From the NCBI GenBank assembly GCA_963704755.1, contig OY969938.1, positions 4,350,001-4,382,000 on the forward strand: a stretch of 32,000 bases of DNA. The letters are read 5' to 3'. Under the pieces are notes generated by a model. The model had not been told where the DNA came from and made no database searches. It worked only from the letters and a program-made list of their open reading frames with translations. Positions within the stretch are counted from its first letter, which is position 1, and every line of letters begins with the position of its first letter. This document shows, one piece after another, positions 1 through 8,542 of the stretch. The position numbers and the translations under genes were made by a program. The stretch is from an uncultured Chloroflexia bacterium. GTDB taxonomy: Bacteria; Chloroflexota; Anaerolineae; Anaerolineales; Anaerolineaceae.

Positions 1-118
1 GAGCGGGTGTGGCCGGAGGAGCAGTGTATTTGTTATGGAATTACCTGATCAAGTAAGGTGGAAGTATTCGCAGGGTCGAGACGATTATTTGTGACTACGC
101 TGGCTAATATTAAAGCGT

Positions 119-173
119 CCCGAAAATGAGGTGTTTTGCGCGGGCTTCGCCCACGTAACACCTCAGTTTTGGT
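119..173. repeat. Imperfect palindromic element, diverged copy of the hairpin at 10248-10302
   Basis: cccgaaaatgaggtgtt...gggcttcgccc...aacacctcagttttgg. It shares the arm sequence (CCCGAAAAYGAGGTGTT / AACACCTCRTTTT) and the apex GGCTTCGCCC with the perfect 22-bp hairpin at 10248-10302. Confidence 0.6.
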
Positions 174-211
174 TTCAGTGAAAAATCGGCATAATCGAAT
201 ATACTTAATCT

Positions 212-910
212 ATGGAAGTCGAACGGGTCAGTATCCTGGAAATCCTTCAGAGCAGTTACCTGTTCCAAGGGCTCAGCGACGAGCAACTGGAACGGGTGGT
301 GGAAAAGTTTGCTGCGTTTCTCTACACCGAAGGCCAAACGATTTTCTCACAAGATGCGGCCTCGGAAAACCTGTACTTCATTCTTAGCGGCAAGGTAACC
401 CTGGCGCGTAAACGGCACGGGCAGGAAGAAGCGTTTATTCTGGAGGAAAACGATATGTTTGGCCAGGAGGCCATTGCCAGGCGACCTTCTCCGCGGCGGA
501 TGACGGCCAAAGCCAAAACCGATGTCATTTTACTGCGCCTGACCGGCGAAGACATCCAAATCCTGAAGCGCACTTATCCCGAGCTGGAACGTTCATTCCA
601 GCGGGCCTTACGCACGTACAATCTGCTGGCCAACCTGGATACGCCCTGGAAGTCGCCCCGCGAAGTTATTCAATTCGTCGACCGGCGGCACTGGCTGTTC
701 CTGGTGCTCAAGCTGGCGCCATCTGTGCTGGTCAGCCTGGTGGTCGTCCTGGTTATGGCTTACCTGACCGTGGTCGTGTTTGGCGGGGAACGACTGTTTG
801 TGTATTTGCTGGCCGCCTGTGCCTTGATCGGACTGAGTTGGATTTCATGGGAATGGATTGACTTTTTAATGACTACATCGTGGTCACTAACCGGCGAATC
901 GCGCTGTTGA
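212..910 (+). CDS. Cyclic-nucleotide-binding domain membrane protein, N-terminal fragment of a frameshifted gene
   Basis: ORF track. The N-terminal ~120 aa looks like a CAP/cNMP-binding domain (LFQGLSDEQL, YFILSGKV, FGQEAI, RRMTAKAKTDVILLRL), followed by two hydrophobic helices. The frame is lost just after a T5 run at 863-867, and the sequence continues logically in ORF 880..1881. Confidence 0.7.
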   Translation: MEVERVSILEILQSSYLFQGLSDEQLERVVEKFAAFLYTEGQTIFSQDAASENLYFILSGKVTLARKRHGQEEAFILEENDMFGQEAIARRPSPRRMTAKAKTDVILLRLTGEDIQILKRTYPELERSFQRALRTYNLLANLDTPWKSPREVIQFVDRRHWLFLVLKLAPSVLVSLVVVLVMAYLTVVVFGGERLFVYLLAACALIGLSWISWEWIDFLMTTSWSLTGESRC

Positions 911-1881
911 ACAAGGTTTTGCTGTTCTACGACAGCCGCCAGGAAGTACCGATGGACGCCGTGTTATCGGACGACGTGCGCACCTCCCAGTATGGGCGCA
1001 TGGTCGGCTTCGGCAGTATCCACGTACGCACCTACACCGGCGAAATCGTGCTGGCACGGCTGGCCAACCCAACGCTGGTGGTGAATGTGATCAACGAGAT
1101 GCGCACACGGGCTGCCACGACTAAAAATCGCGCTCACCTGCAGGATATCAATAAGCGCATCGATCAAATTATCCATGGAGAAGAAGAGGGTGGAACAACC
1201 TCAACGCCCGGCGAGGCCGAACCGGCGCCGGTGCATGTGACCACCGGGCGGGTGCCCAATCTGCTGAGCAACCTGTTCAAGCTGCGTACCGAGCAGGATG
1301 GGGTGATTACCTATCGTACTCACTGGTATATCCTGGTCAAGAAGACCTGGATGCCCACTTTTTTCAACCTGTTCCTGTTGGTTTACCTGGTGCTGCTGAT
1401 CTTCCAGGTGCTGCCGATCCCGCTAAATTACGGGCTGGCAGTCTTTGTCGTTCTGGCGCCGATATTTTTCCTCTGGTGGCTGTACCGTTATGTGGATTGG
1501 CATAACGATTGCTACATCATCACCCAGGATTCGATTGTGGATGTCTTCCGCCGGCCCTTGGGCATCGAGCAAAAACGCTCCTCACCTATCCGCAATATCC
1601 TCAGCATCGATTTCAAACGCCTGGGGCTGGTGGGCCTGTTCCTGAATTTTGGCACAGTCTATATCCATGTTGGCGAAGAGACCCTTACATTTAATAATGT
1701 CACCCGCCCATCCGAAGTCCAGCAAGAATTGTTCCAGCGGATGACCGAGTTGAAGCTGCGCGATGAGGAACGCGCCCAGCAAAAAATCGACGATCAAATG
1801 ACGGATTGGATCCGAACGTACCACCAACGCTTGCAGGCCGGGCAGTCGCCCATGGATCGAGATGAAGGCCAGGAGATTTAA
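880..1881 (+). CDS. Membrane-flanked bacterial PH (bPH_2 / YdbT-like) domain protein, C-terminal fragment of the same frameshifted gene
   Basis: ORF track. There are two YdbT-like modules: (NDY)IVVTNRRIALL...GSIHVRTYTG, and TM-TM-YIITQDSIVDV...GTVYIHVGE. The in-frame upstream codons LFNDYIV join to ...EWIDF of ORF 212..910 if one T is added to the T5 run. Confidence 0.7.
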   Translation: MVTNRRIALLNKVLLFYDSRQEVPMDAVLSDDVRTSQYGRMVGFGSIHVRTYTGEIVLARLANPTLVVNVINEMRTRAATTKNRAHLQDINKRIDQIIHGEEEGGTTSTPGEAEPAPVHVTTGRVPNLLSNLFKLRTEQDGVITYRTHWYILVKKTWMPTFFNLFLLVYLVLLIFQVLPIPLNYGLAVFVVLAPIFFLWWLYRYVDWHNDCYIITQDSIVDVFRRPLGIEQKRSSPIRNILSIDFKRLGLVGLFLNFGTVYIHVGEETLTFNNVTRPSEVQQELFQRMTELKLRDEERAQQKIDDQMTDWIRTYHQRLQAGQSPMDRDEGQEI

Positions 1882-1928
1882 CGGTAGAATATAGGGGTCC
1901 TTTTTAGTGATTTTGGAGATGTGAGATT

Positions 1929-2444
1929 ATGGCAATTCGAAAAATTGTAAACGTGCCCGACGCGGTATTGCGCCGGAAAGCCCACAAAGTAACTGAATTC
2001 GATAAGGAATTACAGACGTTAGTTGACGATATGGTCGAAACACTGCACGACGCTCCCGGGGTTGGCCTGGCAGCGCCGCAGGTTGGCATTTCCGAGCGCC
2101 TGATCGTGGTCGAGTACAACGACCATGGTGACGATGACGAGGATGCGCCCAAAAAGCTGTTCATCGTGGCCAATCCGGAAATCATCAAGGCTTCACCGGA
2201 TTCAGAGGTAGGCGTCGAAGCCTGCCTGTCCATTCCGGGATTGGTCGGTGAGGTGGAGCGACCGCTCCAGGTGATCATACGCGGGCAGAACCGCCACGGC
2301 CAGCCGCTGAAAATCAAAGCCTCGGGCTGGTTAGCACGGATCTTCCAGCACGAGATCGATCACCTGGATGGGGTGTTATACACCGACCGGGCGACCAAGG
2401 TGTGGAAACCGACTGCCGAAGAAGAGACCGAATACGCGGATTAG
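1929..2444 (+). CDS. def: Peptide deformylase
   Basis: All three deformylase motifs are present: GVGLAAPQVG, EACLSIPG, QHEIDHLDG. Length is 171 aa, with GGAGA upstream of the ATG. Confidence 0.95.
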   Translation: MAIRKIVNVPDAVLRRKAHKVTEFDKELQTLVDDMVETLHDAPGVGLAAPQVGISERLIVVEYNDHGDDDEDAPKKLFIVANPEIIKASPDSEVGVEACLSIPGLVGEVERPLQVIIRGQNRHGQPLKIKASGWLARIFQHEIDHLDGVLYTDRATKVWKPTAEEETEYAD

Positions 2445-2464
2445 CGCTTTCTAACTGGCTCTGA

Positions 2465-3679
2465 ATGTACCTGACCCATCTCTCCCTGACAAATTTCCGC
2501 TCGTTTGTCCGCCTGGATATGGACGTGCCCAGGCGGAATTTATTGTTAGTCGGGGAGAATGCCCAGGGCAAGACCAGCCTGTTGGAAGCCGTCTATTACC
2601 TGGCCGCGTTCACTTCCTTGCAGGCCTCCAGTGACCGCCAGTTGATCAATTTTTGGGGCGGCGAGGAAGAACTCAGCGTCGCCCGCCTGGTGGCCGATTT
2701 CCAGCGCGCCAACCGCAATCACCGCCTGGAGGTCCGCCTGATCTTGGACGCCAGCGGGGCAACCAGTTCGCGGCTGCGCAAAGAAATCCTGTTGGACGGG
2801 GTCAAACGGACCATCCAGGAGAGCATCGGCGGGTTCAACGCAGTCATGCTGCTGCCGCAAATGACGCGCATCCTCGAGGGTGGCCCGGAAGAGCGCCGGC
2901 GTTATCTCAACCTGGCCCTTGCCCAGGTCGTGCCGGGCTATGCCCAGGCATTGAGTGAATATTCCCAAATCCTCAGCCAGCGCAACGCCTTGCTTAAACA
3001 GTTAGGCGAACGCGGCGGCGATTCGGATCAGTTGATCTATTGGGACACGCTGCTGACCCAACGTGGTTCGCAATTGATCCAGGCGCGTATCCGGGCAGTG
3101 GATGAGCTGGAAAAGCTGGCTGCGCCGATCCACGAACGATTGACCAACGGCCAGGAGATTTTGCAGTTGAATTACCAGCCTTCCTACGACCCGGCCGTAG
3201 CGCCCGGTGACCAGGCGGCGCTGCCGATCGAGGTGACCGTGGATCGATCAGGCTATTCGCGGGAGGACATTCAAAAGGGCTTTGCCGAACGGTTATTATC
3301 CCGGCGCAGAGAGGAAATTGCCCGGGGAGTGACCGTGTTTGGCCCGCACCGGGACGAATGCGGTTTTTTTGCTAACCGGATCAACCTGGGTGTGTACGGC
3401 TCTCGCGGACAAATCCGCACGACGCTATTGGCGCTCAAGCTGGCCGAGGTGGAATGGATGCACGAGAAGACCGGGGAATGGCCGGTGCTGCTGCTGGATG
3501 AGACCCTGGCCGAGCTGGACGTTCCGCGGCGGGAAGACCTGCTGCGGGTATTGGAAGAAAGCGAGCAAAGCCTGCTGACCACTACCGACCTGAGCCAGTT
3601 TTCGGCTGAGTTTGTCCGCCAGAGCACCATCTGGCAGGTTCGCGGCGGTGTGGTCGAATGCGAAGAACAATCTGTATAA
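2465..3679 (+). CDS. recF: DNA replication and repair protein RecF
   Basis: The N-terminus MYLTHLSLTNFRSF plus Walker A GENAQGKTSLLEA, and the C-terminal Walker B LLLDE with signature region, match the typical RecF architecture. Confidence 0.92.
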   Translation: MYLTHLSLTNFRSFVRLDMDVPRRNLLLVGENAQGKTSLLEAVYYLAAFTSLQASSDRQLINFWGGEEELSVARLVADFQRANRNHRLEVRLILDASGATSSRLRKEILLDGVKRTIQESIGGFNAVMLLPQMTRILEGGPEERRRYLNLALAQVVPGYAQALSEYSQILSQRNALLKQLGERGGDSDQLIYWDTLLTQRGSQLIQARIRAVDELEKLAAPIHERLTNGQEILQLNYQPSYDPAVAPGDQAALPIEVTVDRSGYSREDIQKGFAERLLSRRREEIARGVTVFGPHRDECGFFANRINLGVYGSRGQIRTTLLALKLAEVEWMHEKTGEWPVLLLDETLAELDVPRREDLLRVLEESEQSLLTTTDLSQFSAEFVRQSTIWQVRGGVVECEEQSV

Positions 3680-3691
3680 AGGAATAATCTA

Positions 3692-4498
3692 ATGGCAGAA
3701 ACCGATTCTATTGCGTTGAACACCGAAAACCAGGATATCTGGGACACCAACGCCGAATTCTGGAACGAGCGCATGGGCGATGACGGCAATCAGTTCCACC
3801 TGAATATTGTCCGGCCGGCCGCGGATCGCTTGCTGGGGATCCAAAATGGTGAGATGGTTCTGGATGTGGCCTGCGGGAATGGCTTGTTTTCCCGCCACCT
3901 GGCCGACCAGGGCGCCTGTGTAATCGCCTGCGACTTCAGCCGCAAGCTGCTGGAGCTGGCGGCCAAGCGCTCGGTGAGTTACATTGGCCAGATCGAATAC
4001 CGTTATATCGACGCCACCGATGTGGACCAGATCCGGTCGCTGGGGCTGAGGCGTTTCGACGCGGCGGTCTGCAATATGGGGCTGATGGATATGGCTTCCA
4101 TCGATCCGCTGCTCAAGGGCCTGGCGCAGGTCCTGCGTCCGGGAGGGCGGTTTGTATTCACCTTGATGCACCCCTGTTTCAATAACCCTTCCTGCCGGCT
4201 GGGGGCCGAGGAAGAAGACCGGGAAGGGGAGTTGCTGACGACTTATTACGTCCGCACCAGTCGTTACCTGAACCAGGCTCCGGCCAAGGGACTGGCGATT
4301 TTAGGGCAGCCGCGACCGCAGTATTATTTCACCCGTACCCTCAGCCAGTTGCTCAACACATGCTTCGCGGCCGGCTATGTCGTGGACGGGTTGGAAGAGC
4401 CGCCAATCCCGCCGGAATGCCAGCCGAAACGAGCCCTGGATTGGTTCAATTTCCCCGAGTTTCCACCGGTGCTGGCCGTGCGCGTTCGCCTGCCTTAG
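3692..4498 (+). CDS. Class I SAM-dependent methyltransferase
   Basis: SAM-binding motif I VLDVACGNGLFS, followed by the acidic loop VIACDFS and motif LRPGGRFVF. Substrate is not inferable. Confidence 0.8.
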   Translation: MAETDSIALNTENQDIWDTNAEFWNERMGDDGNQFHLNIVRPAADRLLGIQNGEMVLDVACGNGLFSRHLADQGACVIACDFSRKLLELAAKRSVSYIGQIEYRYIDATDVDQIRSLGLRRFDAAVCNMGLMDMASIDPLLKGLAQVLRPGGRFVFTLMHPCFNNPSCRLGAEEEDREGELLTTYYVRTSRYLNQAPAKGLAILGQPRPQYYFTRTLSQLLNTCFAAGYVVDGLEEPPIPPECQPKRALDWFNFPEFPPVLAVRVRLP

Positions 4499-5214
4499 GC
4501 CTGGGGAATTGGCCGTTTGGCCGGCAGCCCAACCCGGCGAGGATAGCCTGGCGGGGTCGCGGCGACTTTATCCACCACAATTAAATAGCGTTGTTCGCTT
4601 ACCCCGGGGAGTTCGACCGGGATGAGCTGGCGTAGATGCCCGCCCAGGATGTGAATGGCCCGCTCGGCGGTTTGGGCTTCGGCCGGGCCGGCTTCCCCTT
4701 TTTGGGCCAGCATGCCGCCGCCTATACGGACCAGCGGCAGCAGGTATTCGGATAGCACCGGCATGGTGGCTACCGCCCGTGCGATGGCCCAATCGTATTG
4801 CTCGCGGTGACGTTTATCCGTCCCCAGTTCTTCAGCGCGAGCCTGGATCAGCGTTACCCGCTCCAGGTTGAGCGTTTCCACAATGTGCCGGCAGAAATCC
4901 AGCTTCTTCCCGATCGATTCGACCAGGGTCAGGTTCATCTGGGGAAGGAGGATTTTCAAAGGGATGCCCGGAAAACCCGCTCCGGTGCCGATATCGATCA
5001 GGCTTTCTGGCGGGCGGTTCTTCCAGGCTTTTAAACAGGTGAGCGAATTGAGGAAATGTTTGCTGCGAATCCCCTCCGAATCGCGGATAGCCGTCAGGTT
5101 GAAGCGGGAATTCCACTCGAGTAATTCCCCTTCATATTTTTCAAATGCGCCAATCTGGCGCGCCGTGAGTGAGATCCCCAACAGTGATTTAGTATCTTGG
5201 GACAATTTATCCAT
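4495..5214 (-). CDS. rsmG: 16S rRNA (guanine527-N7)-methyltransferase RsmG (GidB)
   Basis: LLEWNSRFNLTAIRD...HFLNSL...IDIGTGAGFPGIPLKI is the typical GidB/RsmG pattern. Length 239 aa. Its stop overlaps the convergent methyltransferase stop (cTTAg, 4495-4498). Confidence 0.9.
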   Translation of the reverse strand: MDKLSQDTKSLLGISLTARQIGAFEKYEGELLEWNSRFNLTAIRDSEGIRSKHFLNSLTCLKAWKNRPPESLIDIGTGAGFPGIPLKILLPQMNLTLVESIGKKLDFCRHIVETLNLERVTLIQARAEELGTDKRHREQYDWAIARAVATMPVLSEYLLPLVRIGGGMLAQKGEAGPAEAQTAERAIHILGGHLRQLIPVELPGVSEQRYLIVVDKVAATPPGYPRRVGLPAKRPIPQA

Positions 5215-5265
5215 GTGGATTAATTATAAGTGAAGAAAGCGGGATTTTGTGTTTTTTATTTTCCC

Positions 5266-5294
5266 TTGACTTTCAACTGCATTTGTTATAAATT
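5266..5294 (+). promoter_or_regulatory. Candidate sigma70-type promoter of the ABC binding-protein gene
   Basis: TTGACT (5266-5271), then 17 nt, then TAAATT (5289-5294), inside a strongly AT-rich 240-bp intergenic region. Sequence pattern only. Confidence 0.35.
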
Positions 5295-5302
5295 TAATAA
5301 CT

Positions 5303-5325
5303 ATTACAAATAATCTATTTGTAAT
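5303..5325. promoter_or_regulatory. Perfect 10-bp inverted repeat, candidate operator
   Basis: ATTACAAATA-atc-TATTTGTAAT lies immediately downstream of the candidate -10 element. Confidence 0.35.
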
Positions 5326-5457
5326 AACTCGAATAACAATAATCCTGATCCAATTACTAGAAAACAATTTATCCATAAAGGAGGTGATTAGAGGGAACTT
5401 ACCTCTCATTTTTTTAATTTTATTCGCCAAAGCTTTGATCCACAAAGGAGGAGATAA

Positions 5458-7128
5458 ATGAAAGGCCGTTTTGTCTATGCAGTTTTTGCAGTACTCATAG
5501 TCGCCAGCATGGCACTGGCCGGGTGTAGTTCTGCTCCGGCAGCCCCGACGGTGGCCCCTACCGCAGCCGTCAAGGATAACTACACTCCTATGACTGTCTC
5601 GGCGCCAAGTTGCGATTATGGCGGTGAATTTAAACAAATCGAAACCGTTGACGAGTACACAGTCAAGTTCACGCTGTGCTATTCCGATCCGGCTTTCGCT
5701 TCGAAAGCAGCTTTCTCTGTATTCTCGATCGCAGATAAAGAATCACTGGATGCTGCTGGCGGTGATTCCGTAAAGATGAGCGATGCGGTCAATGGCACTG
5801 GCCCCTACACACTCCAGGAATGGGTGCGTGGCGACCGGATCATCTTCAAGTCCAACCCCACTTACTGGGGCGGCGAACCGGCGATTAAGACCTTGATTTT
5901 CCGCTGGTCCGACCAGTCTGCTCAACGGTTGCTGGAGCTACAATCCGGTACGGCCGACGGTATCGATAACCCGGCCCCGGAAGATTTCGCCACCATCGAA
6001 GGCGATTCGAACCTCAAGCTGTACAACCGGGCACCGTTGAACGTATTCTACATCGGGTTCAACAATACCATTCCGCCATTCGACAACCAGGACGTCCGCA
6101 CGGCAATTGCCTACGCTATCGACCGCCAACGGATTGTCGATCAGTATTATCCTGAAGGTTCGTTAGTAGCCAAAGTCTTCGTTCCCCCGGAGATCAAGCC
6201 CGGTTACAACGATTCGGCATCGTGGTACGACTATGACCCGGCAAAGGCTAAAGAGTTTTTAACCAAGGCCGGCTACCCGGATGGTTTGGAAATCACGCTG
6301 TCCTACCGCAATGTAGTGCGCAGCTACCTGCCCACACCGGACAAAGTTGCCCAGGAAATCCAGGCCCAATTGGCCCAGGTTGGAATCAAGGTTGACATCA
6401 ACCAGGAAGAATCGACCACTTTCCTCGACAACACTTCCGCCGGTAAAGAAGGCTTCTACCTGTTGGGTTGGGGTGCCGATTACCCGGACGCGACCGATTT
6501 CTACGACTATCACTTCGCCGCTTCCACCAACCTGCAGTTTGGTACACCGTATCCTGATCTGGTGGACGCGATCCGCGCGGCCGGCCAGGTTGCCGATGCA
6601 ACCGTGCGCCAGACCGACTACGATAAGGTTAATGACCTGATCAAACAGTACATCCCCATGATCCCGGTAGCCCATGGCGCTTCCGCCACGGCTTACAAGG
6701 CCAATGTCCAGGGCGCTCACGCTTCACCGCTGAGCAACGAGCAGTTCAGTGTGATGAACAATGGCACCGATCAGTTCGTGTGGATGCAGAACGGTGAACC
6801 GGCTGCCCTGTGGTGTGCAGACGAGACCGATGGCGAGTCCCTGCGCGCTTGCGAGCAGGTATACGAAGCGCTGTTAGGCTACAAAGTGGGCGGCACGGAA
6901 GTTGTCCCAGGCCTGGCTGAGACCTGGTCCTCCAACGCCGATGCGACCGAATGGACGTTCAACTTGCGCCATGGCGTTGCCTTCCAAAACGGCGCCGGGT
7001 TCGACGCCAGCGATGTGGTGGCCTCATACGCTGCCCAGTGGGATGCCTCCAGCCCGAACCATAAAGGCCGTACTGGCAGCTTCGAGTACTTCACTGCCTT
7101 CTTCGGCGACTTCATTAACAAACAGTAG
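5458..7128 (+). CDS. ABC transporter substrate-binding lipoprotein, family 5 (DppA/OppA-like), apparently circularly permuted
   Basis: Signal peptide with lipobox LAGC and a strong SD AAAGGAGGAG. GTGPYTLQEW...NPTYWGG...LQSGTADGI is typical of the middle of family-5 proteins. The canonical N-terminal block (YEALLGY..GGTEVVPGLAETW..WTFNLRHGVAFQNG..DASDVV..FEYF) lies at the C-terminus instead. Confidence 0.85.
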   Translation: MKGRFVYAVFAVLIVASMALAGCSSAPAAPTVAPTAAVKDNYTPMTVSAPSCDYGGEFKQIETVDEYTVKFTLCYSDPAFASKAAFSVFSIADKESLDAAGGDSVKMSDAVNGTGPYTLQEWVRGDRIIFKSNPTYWGGEPAIKTLIFRWSDQSAQRLLELQSGTADGIDNPAPEDFATIEGDSNLKLYNRAPLNVFYIGFNNTIPPFDNQDVRTAIAYAIDRQRIVDQYYPEGSLVAKVFVPPEIKPGYNDSASWYDYDPAKAKEFLTKAGYPDGLEITLSYRNVVRSYLPTPDKVAQEIQAQLAQVGIKVDINQEESTTFLDNTSAGKEGFYLLGWGADYPDATDFYDYHFAASTNLQFGTPYPDLVDAIRAAGQVADATVRQTDYDKVNDLIKQYIPMIPVAHGASATAYKANVQGAHASPLSNEQFSVMNNGTDQFVWMQNGEPAALWCADETDGESLRACEQVYEALLGYKVGGTEVVPGLAETWSSNADATEWTFNLRHGVAFQNGAGFDASDVVASYAAQWDASSPNHKGRTGSFEYFTAFFGDFINKQ

Positions 7129-7137
7129 TTTCTGTCC

Positions 7138-7174
7138 AAAGGCCTGCCTGGTACAAAAAATCGGCAGGCCTTTT
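7138..7174 (+). terminator. Intrinsic terminator/attenuator after the binding-protein gene
   Basis: aaaGGCCTGCC-14 nt-GGCAGGCCtttt lies 10 nt after the stop codon. The stem is GC-rich and is followed by a T run. Confidence 0.6.
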
Positions 7175-7193
7175 GGTAAGGTTTGACCTTTCA

Positions 7194-7232
7194 GGTGGTG
7201 TTTTCCGGTTCGTAAAGCCGGAAAACACCACC
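7194..7232. other. Perfect 15-bp hairpin
   Basis: GGTGGTGTTTTCCGG-ttcgtaaag-CCGGAAAACACCACC. This is the second of three stem-loops between the binding-protein and permease genes. Confidence 0.6.
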
Positions 7233-7284
7233 GAATTAACCGATAAAAATTCGTAACCACTCCAACCAGGGTTGAGGCGTTATC

Positions 7285-7333
7285 GAATTTGAAATGTTTT
7301 CGGGAGCTTTGCCTGACTAAACACTTCAAATTC
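7285..7333. other. 15-bp inverted repeat (1 mismatch) with a 19-nt loop
   Basis: GAATTTGAAATGTTT...AAACACTTCAAATTC. This is the third stem-loop in the same intercistronic gap. Confidence 0.5.
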
Positions 7334-7451
7334 ACGCTTCTTGTCTGTGCGGCTGAGAGTTACCAGAATTCAGGCTTTCTGCATGGATGGCCATTGAAGA
7401 AACCGGCTGTCCTTGTGCAGGTAAGCTATTATTCCAAATTGAGATAAATTC

Positions 7452-8528
7452 ATGGGACGTTTTATAGCTCGGCGTTTGGTTTTGCTAATCCCGGTTGCGA
7501 TCGGCATCTTGCTGGTCACTTTCCTGATCGTGCACAGTATCCCTGGTGATCCTTGTGTGGCGATGTTAGGAGAACGGGCAACCCCGCAGAAGTGTGAAGC
7601 ATTCAAGCAGCGCTATGGTCTGGACAAAAATATTGTGGTCCAGTTTGGCAGTTATATCAGCAATATCGCCAGGGGTAATTTTGGCGATTCGATTCGTTTC
7701 ACCCGCCCGGTCACGGATATCCTGGCCGAACGCCTGCCCATGACGATCGAATTGACCATCTTTGCGATGTTATTCTCGACGTTCTTCGGGATTTTACTGG
7801 GAATTATCTCGGCGCTGAGACCCAATACGGCCCTGGATACCGTGACGATGATCGGCGCAAATATTGGGGTATCCATGCCGGTTTTCTGGCTGGGGTTATT
7901 GCTGGCCTATTTCTTTGCGCTGATCCTCAAGAATACACCTTTCTTCATCCCGCCTTCGGGCCGTTTGAGTGCCAGCATGACCTTGCATTCTTTGGCCGAT
8001 GTGTGGGGGCTGCAAAACCTGACCGGCATCAAGCACTTCATCGTTTATTTCTTATCCAGTTCGGCAATCTTTAACAGCATTGCTACCGGCAACTGGCTGC
8101 AGCTTAAAGATGCCTTGTGGCATTTGATCCTGCCTTCGGTAGCCGTCGGCACCATCCCCATGGCGATCATCGCCCGCATGACCCGTTCGACACTGGTCGA
8201 GGTGATGCAGCAGGATTACATCCGCACAGCCCGCTCCAAAGGCTTAAGGGAACGTACCGTAGTGACTTTACACGCCATGTGCAACGTGATGATCCCCATC
8301 ATTACCATCATCGGGATCGAGACCGGTTCGCTGCTTTCGGGGGCCGTGCTGACCGAGACGGTCTTTGCCCTGCCGGGGGTAGGCACAGCCCTGGTGAGTG
8401 CCATCCTGGCTCGCGATTACCCGGTGGTGCAGGGCTTCACCCTGGTCATTGCCATTATTTTTGTGGTCATCAATCTGGTCGTGGATATTTCTTATGCGTA
8501 CCTGGATCCACGGGTGCGTCTGGATTAG
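7452..8528 (+). CDS. ABC transporter permease (DppB/OppB-like)
   Basis: The N-terminus IARRLVLLIPVAIGILLVTFLIVHSIPGDP, and the EAA-type loop DYIRTARSKGLRERTV, are typical of peptide/nickel ABC permease subunit 1. Confidence 0.88.
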   Translation: MGRFIARRLVLLIPVAIGILLVTFLIVHSIPGDPCVAMLGERATPQKCEAFKQRYGLDKNIVVQFGSYISNIARGNFGDSIRFTRPVTDILAERLPMTIELTIFAMLFSTFFGILLGIISALRPNTALDTVTMIGANIGVSMPVFWLGLLLAYFFALILKNTPFFIPPSGRLSASMTLHSLADVWGLQNLTGIKHFIVYFLSSSAIFNSIATGNWLQLKDALWHLILPSVAVGTIPMAIIARMTRSTLVEVMQQDYIRTARSKGLRERTVVTLHAMCNVMIPIITIIGIETGSLLSGAVLTETVFALPGVGTALVSAILARDYPVVQGFTLVIAIIFVVINLVVDISYAYLDPRVRLD

Positions 8529-8542
8529 TCAGGAACGATATT

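Noticed and set aside
4495-4498. Four-nucleotide overlap of the convergent stop codons of the SAM methyltransferase and rsmG (cTTAg).
   Set aside because: The overlap is real, but it is a trivial consequence of compact gene packing. No terminator or other signal is associated with it.
5384-5461. Possible 25-codon leader ORF (GTG...TGA) ending in an ATGA overlap with the binding-protein start codon.
   Set aside because: The putative GTG start sits inside its own Shine-Dalgarno-like sequence, with no spacing. It looks more like a duplicated RBS segment than a translated leader.
8117-8542. Long N-terminal extension of the second permease ORF (ORF track start at 8117).
   Set aside because: The extension overlaps the 3' third of permease 1 in another frame and translates to His/Arg/Gly/Pro-rich nonsense. 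A proper ATG at 8543 follows the upstream stop by 15 nt and begins a normal DppC-like N-terminus.
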